A stretch of DNA of 64,000 bases from an uncultured delta proteobacterium (GTDB lineage: Bacteria; Myxococcota_A; Polyangia; Palsa-1104), in contig CAWAWS010000007.1 of the NCBI GenBank assembly GCA_963785725.1, positions 32,001-96,000 of the forward strand, read 5' to 3'. Within the stretch, counting starts at the first letter, position 1, and each line of letters opens with the position of its first letter. Positions 31,034 to 41,656 of this stretch are shown piece by piece. Made by a program: the position numbers and the translations under genes. The notes beneath the pieces were generated by a model. That model was not told the DNA's origin, made no database searches, and worked only from the letters and a program-made list of their open reading frames with translations.

Positions 31034-32047
31034 TCAGCCGATCAAGTGGGTGACGATGGCGCCCAAGCTCAAGCTGGCCATCGCGATCCACAAGCCGAGA
31101 CCGAGCACGAGCGGACGCACGCCGACGGCGCGCAGGCTGGCGCCGCTCAAGTTGGCGCCGATGAGGAAGAGCGTGACGACGAGCGCGCGCCGCGCGCCGG
31201 CGGCGACGAGCTGACCGGCCGGCGCCAGCGGCGGCACGAACGTCACCAGCGCCGCCGCCGCTAAGAAGCCGAGGATGAACCAAGGCCGCTTCGTGGCGCC
31301 CGCTGCGCCGCCCGGTTGGCGCGCCCGCCACAGCCCGAGCCCGATGGTGAGCGGCACGATCCACAAGGCGCGCGCCAGCTTCACCGTCGTCGCCACGGCC
31401 ACCGCATGCCCGCCCCACGCCATCGCCGCGCCGACGACGGAGCTGGTGTCGTGGATGGCGAGCGCGCTCCACAGCCCGAACTGCCCGTCGCTGAGGCCGA
31501 CGCGATGGCCGATCGCCGGGAACGCGAACAGCGCCACGGCGTTGAGCAGAAACACCGTCGCCAGCGCCACCGACGACTCCTCTTCCTTCGGCCGCAGGAT
31601 CGGGACGACGGCGGCGATGGCGCTGCCGCCGCAGATGGCGGTGCCGATGGTGATGAGCGCGCCCGTCAGCTTGGGCACGCCGAGCGCCCGCGTCATCAGC
31701 GCGCCCAAGATGAAACAGCTGGCGATGCCGGCGACGGTGTAGCCGATGCCGTGCGCGCCGACGGCGGCGACGACGCGCAGATCCATGCCCGCGCCCAGCC
31801 CGACGACGGCCAGCGCCAACAACGCCGGCGTCGCCCGCCGCGTCGTCGCCAGGTACGGGTTGCCGAACGCCAGCGCCAGCGTCACGCCGGCCAACAGCGC
31901 CACGCCCGTCGACACCATCGGCAAGAGGCAGACGGCGGCGCCGAGCGGGATCAGCCAGCGGCCAGCCTCGAGCGGCGTCGGCCGCGCGCGCGCCGCCGCG
32001 GCGCGGCGATCGTCGTCGAGCAGTGCCCTGTCGTGCGTCGTGTCCAT
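31034..32047 (-). CDS. YeiH family (putative sulfate exporter) membrane protein
   Basis: GTAICGGSAIAA, AIHDTSSVVGA and ATTVKLARALWI. Confidence 0.88.
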   Translation of the reverse strand: MDTTHDRALLDDDRRAAAARARPTPLEAGRWLIPLGAAVCLLPMVSTGVALLAGVTLALAFGNPYLATTRRATPALLALAVVGLGAGMDLRVVAAVGAHGIGYTVAGIASCFILGALMTRALGVPKLTGALITIGTAICGGSAIAAVVPILRPKEEESSVALATVFLLNAVALFAFPAIGHRVGLSDGQFGLWSALAIHDTSSVVGAAMAWGGHAVAVATTVKLARALWIVPLTIGLGLWRARQPGGAAGATKRPWFILGFLAAAALVTFVPPLAPAGQLVAAGARRALVVTLFLIGANLSGASLRAVGVRPLVLGLGLWIAMASLSLGAIVTHLIG

Positions 32048-32099
32048 GACGGAAAGCATACGCAGCTCCATCAGCTTCGATCGCTGTATGAACTGATGA

Positions 32100-32120
32100 G
32101 CCATCAGAAAGACTGATGGC
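32100..32120. promoter_or_regulatory. LysR-type operator upstream of the yeiH-like gene
   Basis: GCCATCAG-aaaga-CTGATGGC, 8-bp inverted arms containing T-N11-A. Confidence 0.6.
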
Positions 32121-32458
32121 TGCGCGCGTGCGAACGGCGCTGCGACGGTCGGCCTTCCGCCTGCAATGTGCCAAGTTCGCAACAAATGAGCGGCGCCGTC
32201 GATCCGGAACGGGCGCGAATGACGCTAGCGGCGACGCGGTCGGCTTCGGGATCTACATCGCCGAGCGCGCCGCCGTCGCCTGGCCGTCGGTGACAACTAG
32301 CAGTGAGCGCACGGGAAATGCGTCACCCGCGGAATGAGCCACCGGCGCCGCGATCGCGTTTGCAACATCGGCAGCGCCAGGAGTTGACGCTTCCGTAACC
32401 GTTTTGTTGCCGAGCGCGCCACGAGACTGGGTTACAAGCCGGCCTCGGAGGAGGTTTC

Positions 32459-34081
32459 ATGAACGTCAGGAACTGTCTCGTCTCGGTCTTCACGCTCACG
32501 TTCGGGCTCGGCAGCCTGGCGAACGCGCAGACCCAGCCCACGCCCACCGATTCGTCGCCCGGCGCCAAGGCGTCGGCTTCCGCGCCTGCGACGCCCGATG
32601 CGGCGCCGGCGCCGGCTCCCGTCTACACGGCCGTTCCGCCCGCGCCCGCCCCGGGGCCGGCGATCGCGCAGCCGAAGCTGGCGCTCGAGTTCACGACGCT
32701 GCGGATCATGCTGGCCAAGGGCATCATCACGCAGGGCGAGTTCGACAGCGCGATGCGTGACACCGTCGAAACCACCGGCGACGCCGGCGGCGACGCGCCC
32801 ACGCTCATGCTCGGCAAGTGGTCGACGACGCTCTACGGCTTCGTCGAAGCCGATAACATCTACGACTCGACCGAGAGCTTCAACGATCAGGCGTCGAGCT
32901 CGGCCGTCCAGAAGGGCACCGGCTACGCCGGCAACCACGGCCGCTTCACGATGGGCATCCGCAACTCGCGCATCGGCTTCCGCATGCGCGCGCCCGAGTA
33001 TCACGGCGTCCGCGCCAGCGCCATGCTCGAGATGGACTTCCTCGGCAACCAGGCGCAGGTCGGTTACGCGCAGGCCTATCAGATCAGCGAGAGCGCGTTC
33101 TTCACGAACCCGGCCTTCCGCGTCCGCCACATGAACTTGAAGATCGAGACGCCCATCGTCGACATCTTGTTCGGTCAGTATTGGCAGCTGTTCGGTTGGC
33201 AGTCGATCTACCACCCGAACTCGGTCGAAATTCAGGGTCTGCCCGGTCAGATCTACTCGCGCACGCCGCAAATTCGCGTGTCGAAGACGGTCAAGACGCC
33301 GGACGTCACGTTCGAAGCCGCCGTCGCCATGATGCGCGCGCCGCAGCGTGACTCGTGGTCGCCCGAAGGTCAGGGCGGTCTGCGCCTCGCGATCAACAAG
33401 TGGACGGCGGTCTCGACGGCCGGCGCCGCGGGCACGAGCATTCAGCCGCTGTCGATCGCGTTCACGGCCGACGTGCGCAAGTTCAACCTGCCGAACTTCG
33501 CGGCCAAGCCCGATCACGCGGTCGGCAAGACCGGCTGGGGCATCGCCGCCGACGGCTTCTTCCCGATCTTGAAGGGCACCAAGACGCACAAGGGCAACTC
33601 GCTGTCGCTGCAGGGCGAGTACGCGCTCGGCCAGGGCATCGCCGACCTGTACTCGAGCTTGAACGGCGGCGTGGCCAACGCGGCGCTGCCGAACCCGACG
33701 ATGGCGGCGACGCCGCCCACCTACACCGTCGATGCCGACCCGTCGCTGGTCGTGTTCAGCGCCGACGGCACCGCGCACCTCATTCAGTGGCAGTCGGTGC
33801 TCGTCGGCTTGCAGTATTACCTGCCGGGCCTCGACGGCCGCATGTGGGTCTCGAGCAACTACTCGCACACGTCTTCGGACAACGCGTTCCGTTACGCGGC
33901 GAGCGCGGCCACCGGCGCGCGCAAGCACGAAGACTTCGCCGACGCCAACCTCTTCGCCGACGTGTTGCCGTCGGTGCGGCTCGGCCTCGAGTACGCCTGG
34001 TTCCGCGACGTCTACAGCGACGCGGGCTCGACCTTCGCGGTCAACCACCGCGTCCAGCTCTCGGCGTTCTACCTCTTCTAG
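32459..34081 (+). CDS. Outer-membrane beta-barrel, porin-like (DcaP-like)
   Basis: Signal peptide, TLYGFVEAD, NSRIGF, LEMDF and ILFGQYWQLF; C-terminal QLSAFYLF beta-signal; GGAGGAGG RBS. Confidence 0.72.
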   Translation: MNVRNCLVSVFTLTFGLGSLANAQTQPTPTDSSPGAKASASAPATPDAAPAPAPVYTAVPPAPAPGPAIAQPKLALEFTTLRIMLAKGIITQGEFDSAMRDTVETTGDAGGDAPTLMLGKWSTTLYGFVEADNIYDSTESFNDQASSSAVQKGTGYAGNHGRFTMGIRNSRIGFRMRAPEYHGVRASAMLEMDFLGNQAQVGYAQAYQISESAFFTNPAFRVRHMNLKIETPIVDILFGQYWQLFGWQSIYHPNSVEIQGLPGQIYSRTPQIRVSKTVKTPDVTFEAAVAMMRAPQRDSWSPEGQGGLRLAINKWTAVSTAGAAGTSIQPLSIAFTADVRKFNLPNFAAKPDHAVGKTGWGIAADGFFPILKGTKTHKGNSLSLQGEYALGQGIADLYSSLNGGVANAALPNPTMAATPPTYTVDADPSLVVFSADGTAHLIQWQSVLVGLQYYLPGLDGRMWVSSNYSHTSSDNAFRYAASAATGARKHEDFADANLFADVLPSVRLGLEYAWFRDVYSDAGSTFAVNHRVQLSAFYLF

Positions 34082-34103
34082 CACTTAGCTTTTCGCAGCA
34101 CTC

Positions 34104-34143
34104 GACGCCCGGCCGACCTCGTGTTGGCCGGGCGTCTTCTTTT
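34104..34143 (+). terminator. Intrinsic terminator after the porin gene
   Basis: GACGCCCGGCC / GGCCGGGCGTC stem followed by TTCTTTT. Confidence 0.8.
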
Positions 34144-34174
34144 GTACGTAATGCGCTTATGATCGCGGCACCAC

Positions 34175-35524
34175 TTGTCGACGCCCGCGCTAGAGGTCCC
34201 ACCCGATCGCAGCGGTGGCATTCCGCCGACGCTGACGCAGCCGGGCGCCGCGCGCTTCTGGCTCGCCGTCGTCGTCACCGGCGTCGGCGCGGGCTTGGGC
34301 GCGGCGGTGTTGACGCGGCTGCTCGACGTCGTGCAGCGCGCGGTCTGGCCGGGCGCCGGCACGTTCACGGAGACTGTCGCGCGGACGTCGGCCTGGCATC
34401 ACGTCGGCGTGCTGGCCGCTGCCGGCCTCCTCACCGGCCTGGCGCAACGCCTGCTCGTGCACCTCTCGAGCGGCAACAGCATCGACATCACCGCCGCCAT
34501 CTGGTTCACGGCCGGCCGCTTGCCGAAGCTGCGCACGCTCGGCTCGGCCGTCTTGTCGGTCATCGACGTGGCGATGGGCGCGTCGCTCGGCCGCGAAGGC
34601 GCGCCCAAGCAAGCGGGCGCCGTCATCGCCGACGCGCTCGCCGATCGAGTCAGCTTGTCCGACGAGCAGCGCCGCCTGCTCGTGGCCTGCGGCTCCGGCG
34701 CCGGCATGGCGGCGGCGTACGGCGTGCCGCTCGGTGGCGCGCTGTTCGCGCTCGAGGTCTTGCGCGGCATGCTGGCGCTGCGGCTGGTGTTGCCGGCGCT
34801 GGTGGCGTCGCTCGTGGCCACGGTCGTGTCGTGGGTCGCGCTGCCCGACGCGCCGACGTACACGCTGCCGCCGTTGCCGCTGTCGCCGTCGATCGTCGTG
34901 TTCGCGCTGGTGGCCGGGCCGATCGCGGGCGTCGTGTCGGTCGGCTACGTGCGCGCCATCGCCTGGGCCTATCGGCATCGGCCGGAAGGCTGGACGCGCA
35001 TCATCTTGCCGACGCTGGTGCTGGCGGCGCTGGGCGCGACCTCGATCGTGTTCCCGCAGCTGCTCGGCAACGGCAAAGAGATCGCGCAAGCGACGTTTCT
35101 CGGACAGATGGCCCCGACCTTGATATTGGCGCTCGTGTTCCTGAAGCCGCTGGCGACCGTCGCCTGCGTGCGCTCGGGCACCCCGGGCGGGCTGTTCACG
35201 CCGTCGCTGTCGCTGGGCGCGCTCGTCGGCGCCGGGCTCGGCTACGGCTGGTCGTTCCTGTGGCCGGGCGTGCCGCCCGGCTTCTTCGCGCTCGTGGGCG
35301 CGGCGGCGCTGTTGGCGGCGACCACGCAAGGCCCGATCTCGACGGTGGTGCTGCTCATCGAGATGACCGGCCACGATCGCTCCTTCATCGTACCCGTGAT
35401 CTTGGGGGTGGTGACGGCGACGCTGACGGCGCGCACGATCGAGCCGCGCTCGATCTACGACGCCAAGCTCAGCGACGCGGAGGTCAAAGAGCGGCTGCGC
35501 AAGCGCGAGCCGCCGCCGCAATGA
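34175..35524 (+). CDS. ClC family chloride channel/antiporter
   Basis: SLGREGAP, GMAAAYGVPLGGALFALE and GGLFTP. Confidence 0.88.
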   Translation: MSTPALEVPPDRSGGIPPTLTQPGAARFWLAVVVTGVGAGLGAAVLTRLLDVVQRAVWPGAGTFTETVARTSAWHHVGVLAAAGLLTGLAQRLLVHLSSGNSIDITAAIWFTAGRLPKLRTLGSAVLSVIDVAMGASLGREGAPKQAGAVIADALADRVSLSDEQRRLLVACGSGAGMAAAYGVPLGGALFALEVLRGMLALRLVLPALVASLVATVVSWVALPDAPTYTLPPLPLSPSIVVFALVAGPIAGVVSVGYVRAIAWAYRHRPEGWTRIILPTLVLAALGATSIVFPQLLGNGKEIAQATFLGQMAPTLILALVFLKPLATVACVRSGTPGGLFTPSLSLGALVGAGLGYGWSFLWPGVPPGFFALVGAAALLAATTQGPISTVVLLIEMTGHDRSFIVPVILGVVTATLTARTIEPRSIYDAKLSDAEVKERLRKREPPPQ

Positions 35525-35536
35525 CGAACGCCGCCG

Positions 35537-37222
35537 TCAGCTTTGCGGGCGCGTCGTCGTCGGAGCGCTTGACGGCGGCGGCGTGCTCGGCGGCGGCGAG
35601 ACCGCAGAACGGCGGAACTCGTCGAGCCGCGCTTTGCCGCCCGGCATGCGCTCATACTCGGGCACGAGCGACAGCGCGCGCTCTTCGGCCTGCGCCGCCT
35701 GCGCGAACTTGCCGCGCGCCGCGTGCAACTGAGCCAGCGTATCGAAACAATAGAAGCAGGTGGGATCGGCCTGCACCGCGCGCATCGCGAACGGGATGCC
35801 CAACTCTGGGTGATCCATCTGGACGCGCGCCACCTGATCCAGCTCGGTCGCCGAGCTGGCCACGCGCTCCAGCTGGTGGAAGTCGTCGTTGAGCGGCTCG
35901 AGATCTGCGGGCGACGGCTTGTGGCCGCCCTTCTGTAGCTGCGCCAGCCGGGCGACGATGAGCGCGAATCGATAGCGCGGCTCGCGTGGCGACACCTCGA
36001 GCCCATCGGACGGCAAGTCGGCGAGCGCCGCGCGCAAGAGGCCTTCGGCCTGTTCGGGCGCGCCGCCCCTGAGCGCGAACAGCGCGCGCCAATACAGCAC
36101 CTCGCGATCGTGCGGCGCCTCGATTTGGGCCGCCATGAGGTCGGCGTTGGCCGCGTCGTGATAGGGCGGCTGCCACGCGCGCAGCTGCAAGAACGTCAGA
36201 TGCACCTGCGCCTCCGACATCGGCACCGCGGCATGCACCGGTCCGGCCTCGCGCGGCGTATACACGGTGCTGGCGAACAACGTCCAGTGATCGCCGTTCG
36301 ACGACGGCGCCGACAGCTCGACCGCGTGACGCCGATATTGCCGCTCGAGCTCGTCGATCGACACGCCGGCGAACGCCTGCGCGAACGCGGCGTCGCGATG
36401 CACACCCGCCGACAAGAGCGCCATCAGCTGATCGAAGCGCGCGTGATAGGGCAGCTGCAGCGACTTCAACATGTGCACGAGCAGCCAGGCGCCTTGATAC
36501 GACAGCGGATGCTGCGGGTTGGGATCGTCTTCGATGCGCTCGTAGAACGTATCCGGCGTCGCCTCCAGCAGCGACTTCACCGTCGGCAGCTGATCGATCG
36601 TGAGCCAGCGCAGCGTCGCGTCGCGTCCGACCGGGATGCGACCGCCCGGCCGAAAGAGCATTTCGTCTTTCGGCGGCATGGCGCCGAACCAGGCGCGACC
36701 ATCGTGCAGCGCCAGCGTCGAGTTGTACTCGGCCAGCCCTTCGTTGAGCCAGGTCGGCGGATCGAGCAGCTGCAGCCGCACGAAGCGATGGGTCAGCTCG
36801 TGTTGCAGCGTCGTGCGCTTGGCCTGGTCGAAGTCGCCCGACAACACCACCGTCGGCGACGGCTCGAGGTCGTGCGTGCGCGGCGTGAAGAACGCCGATG
36901 AATTAGGCAGGCCACGCTGCTTGGCTATTTCCAGGTAATCGACGCGGCGCGCGAAGGCGACGACGTCGATGCGCTCCAGCTCGTCGGCCGGCTTGGCCAG
37001 CAGATCCTCGAACGCCGCGTCGATGCGCTCGAGCTGCTCGGCCAGCCCTTGCGCCGACCTCGCGTCGAGATCGGTGTGCACGACGAAGTGGCGCGACGTG
37101 ACCTCCGACCAAGCGGCGCCGCCTTTGGCGGGCGCGGTGAGCGGCGGGGCCAGCGACAGCTGCGCGCAACCGGCGACGGCGAGGACGAACGCGCCCGCGA
37201 GGGCCGATGACAGTGACCTCAT
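35537..37222 (-). CDS. DUF1570-like gluzincin metallopeptidase domain plus TPR lipoprotein
   Basis: Lipobox VAGC, SRHFVVHTD, HELTH...WLNEGLAEY and C-terminal TPR helices. Confidence 0.7.
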   Translation of the reverse strand: MRSLSSALAGAFVLAVAGCAQLSLAPPLTAPAKGGAAWSEVTSRHFVVHTDLDARSAQGLAEQLERIDAAFEDLLAKPADELERIDVVAFARRVDYLEIAKQRGLPNSSAFFTPRTHDLEPSPTVVLSGDFDQAKRTTLQHELTHRFVRLQLLDPPTWLNEGLAEYNSTLALHDGRAWFGAMPPKDEMLFRPGGRIPVGRDATLRWLTIDQLPTVKSLLEATPDTFYERIEDDPNPQHPLSYQGAWLLVHMLKSLQLPYHARFDQLMALLSAGVHRDAAFAQAFAGVSIDELERQYRRHAVELSAPSSNGDHWTLFASTVYTPREAGPVHAAVPMSEAQVHLTFLQLRAWQPPYHDAANADLMAAQIEAPHDREVLYWRALFALRGGAPEQAEGLLRAALADLPSDGLEVSPREPRYRFALIVARLAQLQKGGHKPSPADLEPLNDDFHQLERVASSATELDQVARVQMDHPELGIPFAMRAVQADPTCFYCFDTLAQLHAARGKFAQAAQAEERALSLVPEYERMPGGKARLDEFRRSAVSPPPSTPPPSSAPTTTRPQS

Positions 37223-37363
37223 GATCGCGGATGAAGCACGAGCGGCGCCGTCGGCACAAGTAGCGAAGTCACACGATTTTACCGGGGTGCGATATCTTGC
37301 GAAACCAACGGCCACGCGACGTCACTTTCGCGGAAGGCCGAACCAACCGCGCCCGAGGAGCTC

Positions 37364-39386
37364 ATGCGAAACCTGTGGCTGATAGGCGTATCAACGCTGA
37401 TGTCGACGATGGCTTTGGCGCAGCCGGCGCGACCGCGCGGCGTCGAAGTCGGCGATCTCGATCGCCAGGCCGCGCCTTGCACCGACTTCTTCCAGTTCGC
37501 CAACGGCACCTGGCGCGCCAAGAATCCGATCCCGAGCTACATGCCCAAGTGGAGCCGGCGCTGGCAGGCGGGTGAGAACAACAAAGCGGCGCTGCAGCAG
37601 ATTCTGGAGGCGGCGGCCAAGACGAAAGGCGCGCCCAAAGGCAGCGTCGAGCAGCAGATCGGCGACTTTTATGCCGCCTGCATCGACGAGCCGCGCGCCA
37701 ACGCGCTCGGGACCAAGCCGATCGCCGGCGCGCTCGCCGACATCGACGCCATGAAGTCGCGCGCCGACCTCGTGCCCATGATCTGGCGGCTGCAGAATGA
37801 CCAGATCGCGGTGCCGTTCACGTTCTACTCGAGCTCGGACAAGCACGAGCCGACGCAGGTCATCGCCAACCTCGGCGCCGGCGGCCTCGGGCTGCCCGAT
37901 CGCGATTATTACGTGAAGCCGGACGAGCGCTTCAAGGACGCGCGCCTGAAGTATCACGCGCACGTGGCCAAGATGTTCGTGCTCTTCGGCGCCGCGCCGG
38001 CGGCGGGCGAGCATGCGGCCGACGTCGTCGCGCGCGTCGAGACGGAGCTGGCCAAGAGCTCGCTCGACAACGTGGCGCTGCGCGATCCGGCGTCGACCGA
38101 TCACAAGCTTGCGTTCGCGGCGCTGCAGAAGCTGACGCCGCACCTCGATTGGCGGCCCTTCTTCGCCGGCGGTCATGTGCCGGAGATCGGCCTCAACGTC
38201 GATCAGCCGAAGTTCATGGCGACGGTCGATCATATGGTGGCGACGACGCCGCTCGACGACTGGAAGATCTACCTGCGCTGGCAGCGCATCAACAACGAGG
38301 CCCAGCTCTTGTCACGGCCGATCGTCGACGAGGACTTCGCCTTCTACGGCAAATATTTGTCGGGCGCGACCGAGCAGAAGCCGCGCGGCACGCGCTGCGC
38401 CGAGCAGGCCGACCAGCTCTTGGGCGAGGCGCTCGGCAAGAAGTACGTCGAGAAATATTTCCCGCCGGCGGCCAAGGCGCGCATGCAAGAGCTGACGACG
38501 AACGTGCTCGGCGCCATGAAGCAGACGATCGAAGGCGCGACCTGGATGACGGCGCCGACGAAGCAAAAGGCGCTGGAAAAGCTGAGCACGTTCCACGTCA
38601 AGATCGGCTATCCCGACAAGTGGAAGGACTACAGCAGCATCGACATCACGCGCGACGGCTATTGGCAGGATGCGCTGCTGGCGCGTCGCTGGGCCGTGGC
38701 CGACGATCGCGCGCTCATCGGCAAGCCCGTCGATCGCGGCCGCTGGGGGCTGACGCCGCCGACGTCGGACGCGTACTACAATCCGCAGCTGAACGAGATC
38801 GTGTTTCCGGCGGGGATTTTGCAGCCGCCGGCGTTCGATCTGGCGGCCGTCGACGCGGTCAATTACGGCGCCATCGGCGTCGTCATCGGCCACGAGGTCA
38901 GCCACGGCTTCGACGACGAAGGCGCCAAGTTCGACGCCCAAGGCCGGCTCAACAATTGGTGGACCGCCGACGACTTGAAGCAGTTCTCCGCGCGCGGTCA
39001 ATGCGTCGTCGATCAGTTCGAGAGCTACTTCATCGAGCCCAAGATTCATCATCAGGGCCGCTTGGTGCTCGGTGAATCGATCGGCGACCTGGGCGGCGTC
39101 AAGATCGCGCACCTGGCGTTCGGGCTGGCGCAAAAGACGAAGCCGGCGCCGACGATCGACGGCTTTACGCCCGAGCAGCAGTTCTTCATCGCCTGGGGCG
39201 CAGTTTCGCGGCGACGAGACGCGGGCCGAGCAGCAGCGGCTGATGGTGCAAGGCGATCCGCATCCGGTGGCGAAGTTTCGCGTCATCGGGCCCTTGTCGA
39301 ATACGCCGGCGTTTCAGCAGGCGTTCGCCTGCCCGGCCAACGCGGCGATGGTGCGGCCGGCGGCGACCCGCTGCGAAGTCTGGTAG
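37364..39386 (+). CDS. M13 family metallopeptidase, frameshifted near 39200
   Basis: PCTDFFQFANG, KIGYPDKW, NEIVFPAGIL, GHEVSHGFD and GESIGD; the DPHP...RV...CEVW tail lies in another frame. Confidence 0.9.
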
Positions 39387-39436
39387 CGGCCGGGTCGCGC
39401 GCAGCGTCGCGGGCGCGAAAGTGGTACAAGCGAGCG

Positions 39437-40186
39437 ATGCGGACCTTCATTACCGGTGCTTCGAGCGGCCTCGGGCGTGGCCTGGCGCTGCATTACGCGA
39501 CGGCGGGCGCGACGATCGGCCTGTGCGCGCGTCGTAAGGACATGTTGACGGAGCTGGCGGCCGAGATCACGGCGCGCGGCGCGCGGCCGATCGTCTACGC
39601 CGTCGACGTCGCCGAGACCGAAGCCATGGCCAAGAGCGCCGACGACTTCGTCGAGCAGGCGGGCGGCGTCGATCTCGTCGTCGCCAACGCCGGCATCGGC
39701 ATTCCCAACGGCGTGCTGCAGGGCAAATCGGCACCGATCGCGCAGCTCATGCGCGTCAACGTCATCGGCGTCACCAACACGATCGTGCCCTTCATCCCGG
39801 CGATGGTGGCGCAAAAGAGCGGCGAGCTCGTCGCCATCAGCTCGGTCGCCGGCCATCGCGGCATGCCCGGGCGCGCGGCCTACGGCGCGTCGAAGGCGGC
39901 GGTCATCTCGTTCATGGATGCGCTGCGCCTCGATTTGTACGGCACGGGCGTGCACGCGATGACGGTGTGCCCCGGCTTCGTGCACACGCCGATGACGGCG
40001 AAGCTGGGCAAGCTGCCGTTCGCCATCGACACCGACGAGGCGGTGACGCTGATGACGCGCGCCATCGCCAAGCAGCAGGGCACGTTTACGTTCCCGTGGC
40101 AGATGCGGCTGTTGAGCCCGGTGCTGCGCCATTCGCCGGAGTGGCTGGTGCGCAAGATCGCGCCGCCCGCGCGCCCCGAAAACTAA
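39437..40186 (+). CDS. Short-chain dehydrogenase/reductase
   Basis: ITGASSGLG, VANAG, YGASK and CPGFVHTPM. Confidence 0.9.
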   Translation: MRTFITGASSGLGRGLALHYATAGATIGLCARRKDMLTELAAEITARGARPIVYAVDVAETEAMAKSADDFVEQAGGVDLVVANAGIGIPNGVLQGKSAPIAQLMRVNVIGVTNTIVPFIPAMVAQKSGELVAISSVAGHRGMPGRAAYGASKAAVISFMDALRLDLYGTGVHAMTVCPGFVHTPMTAKLGKLPFAIDTDEAVTLMTRAIAKQQGTFTFPWQMRLLSPVLRHSPEWLVRKIAPPARPEN

Positions 40187-40192
40187 GCGCGA

Positions 40193-41164
40193 CTAAGCTT
40201 TGGGCGCGGTTTCGCGGGCGAGGCGCAGGTCGCGCGCTTGCAGATGCGCCCACGCCAGCTGCAAGACGGTGGCGTCGCTGCCGGCCAGGCGCGCGCGCAG
40301 CAGCATCTCGGCCACGATGTGGCCGCTCTCGATCCGCCGTCCCGACTCCAGATCGCGCAGCATCGACGCCGTCGCCGGCGAGCCTTCCGCCGTCAGCTGC
40401 GCCTTGGTCTGCTGCAGCACCTCGGGGCGCGAGGCGTGGCCGGCCGCGTTGGCCGCCGCTTCGCACTCGGCGACGGCGCGCAGCATGATGGCCTCGCCGT
40501 CGTCGGTGGCCACGATGTCGCCGATGGAGGCGCGCATGAGGCAGGTGACGGCAGCCAATGACGTCAGAAACACGTATTTCTCCCAGACGTCCTGCAAGAT
40601 GTCGTCGGAGAGGCGGCAGTCGACGGGCGTCTGCCGGAAGGCGGCGTGCAGCTGCTCGAGGCGAGCGCGCGCCGTCTGCATGTTGCCCTTGCGCGTGCCG
40701 TAGGTGATGCGCTCGATGGCGCCGAGCTGCGCGATGACGCCGTCGTCGCCGAGGCTGGCCGCCAAATAGCACAAGCCGCCCAAGACGCGATCGCGGCCGA
40801 AGCGCTGATCGAGCCGATCGAAGTGGCCGAGGCCGTTCAACAGCGGCAACACCAGCGTCTCGGGGCCGACCGCGGGCGCGATGGCCGTCATGGCCGAGTC
40901 GAGATCGTACGACTTGCACGAGAGCAGGACGAGGTCGTAACGCGCGTCGGCGGCGACGGCGACGACGCTGCGCACCGGCAGTGAGACTTCGCCGGTCGCG
41001 CGGCGGAAGACGAGGCCGCGCTCGGCCAACGCGTGCGCGCGCGACGGCCGCACCAGAAACGTGACGTCGACGTCGGTCTTGCCCGCGTTCGCCGCCTCGA
41101 CGAGCCGACCGCCGAACGCAGCTCCCGTCGCACCCGCGCCGAGCACGAGAATCTTGAGCGCCAT
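40193..41164 (-). CDS. panE: 2-dehydropantoate 2-reductase (ketopantoate reductase family)
   Basis: LGAGATG, SCKSYD, LNG, WEKYVF and SMLRDL...RIE. Confidence 0.85.
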   Translation of the reverse strand: MALKILVLGAGATGAAFGGRLVEAANAGKTDVDVTFLVRPSRAHALAERGLVFRRATGEVSLPVRSVVAVAADARYDLVLLSCKSYDLDSAMTAIAPAVGPETLVLPLLNGLGHFDRLDQRFGRDRVLGGLCYLAASLGDDGVIAQLGAIERITYGTRKGNMQTARARLEQLHAAFRQTPVDCRLSDDILQDVWEKYVFLTSLAAVTCLMRASIGDIVATDDGEAIMLRAVAECEAAANAAGHASRPEVLQQTKAQLTAEGSPATASMLRDLESGRRIESGHIVAEMLLRARLAGSDATVLQLAWAHLQARDLRLARETAPKA

Positions 41165-41240
41165 GGCCGACTACTCTACCGCATCGGGCGCGTCGCGCGT
41201 CGTTTGGCCGACGATGTTCGGCCGGTCATACTTTGCGCGC

Positions 41241-41622
41241 TATGGTCGACTTCGCCGCGCTCGAGCGCGCCCATCGCTGGAAGCCGCTGCGCGATTGCCC
41301 CGGCCGCAGCGTGCTCGTCGACGAATTCGGCGCGCCCGCCACCCTCGTCGGCGACGGCGTGGCCGTCCATCGTTTTCACTCGGCGGCGACGCGCGATCCC
41401 GTCGACGTCGCGCTCTTCGCCGGCGGCGGCCTGTTGTCGTACGCGCGGGCGGACGGCAGCCACTTGCACACGCTCAACACGCGCGACGGCTTACGCCGTA
41501 AGCTGGCGCAGCTCGGCATCGACTTGGCTGCCGTCGGCGCGCGGGCGTGCTCGACCTGTGGCTGCAGCGGCGACGACTGCAGCGACTGCCGAGGCCGCGG
41601 CTGGCGGTTCGACGTGACCTAA
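41241..41622 (+). CDS. Hypothetical protein with C-terminal CxxC...CxxCxGxG motif
   Basis: Coding-like composition; CSTCGCSGDDCSDCRGRG tail. Start about 41242. Confidence 0.65.
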
Positions 41623-41627
41623 ATCGC

Positions 41628-41643
41628 CGGCACGCGCACTGCA
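41628..41643 (+). promoter_or_regulatory. Possible sigma54 promoter
   Basis: CGGCACGCGCACTGCA (GG-N10-GC) just upstream of the ATG at 41657. Confidence 0.5.
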
Positions 41644-41656
41644 GTATCGACCGGGC

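Noticed and set aside
32120..32458. Long leader upstream of the porin as a possible riboswitch
   Set aside because: I recognised no c-di-AMP, c-di-GMP, cobalamin or fluoride consensus by eye. An Rfam scan is needed.
37364..40186. 940-aa apparent M13 peptidase-SDR fusion in the ORF track
   Set aside because: A frameshift near 39200 reads through the spacer. The true M13 tail (...CEVW*) ends at 39386 and the SDR has its own ATG at 39437.
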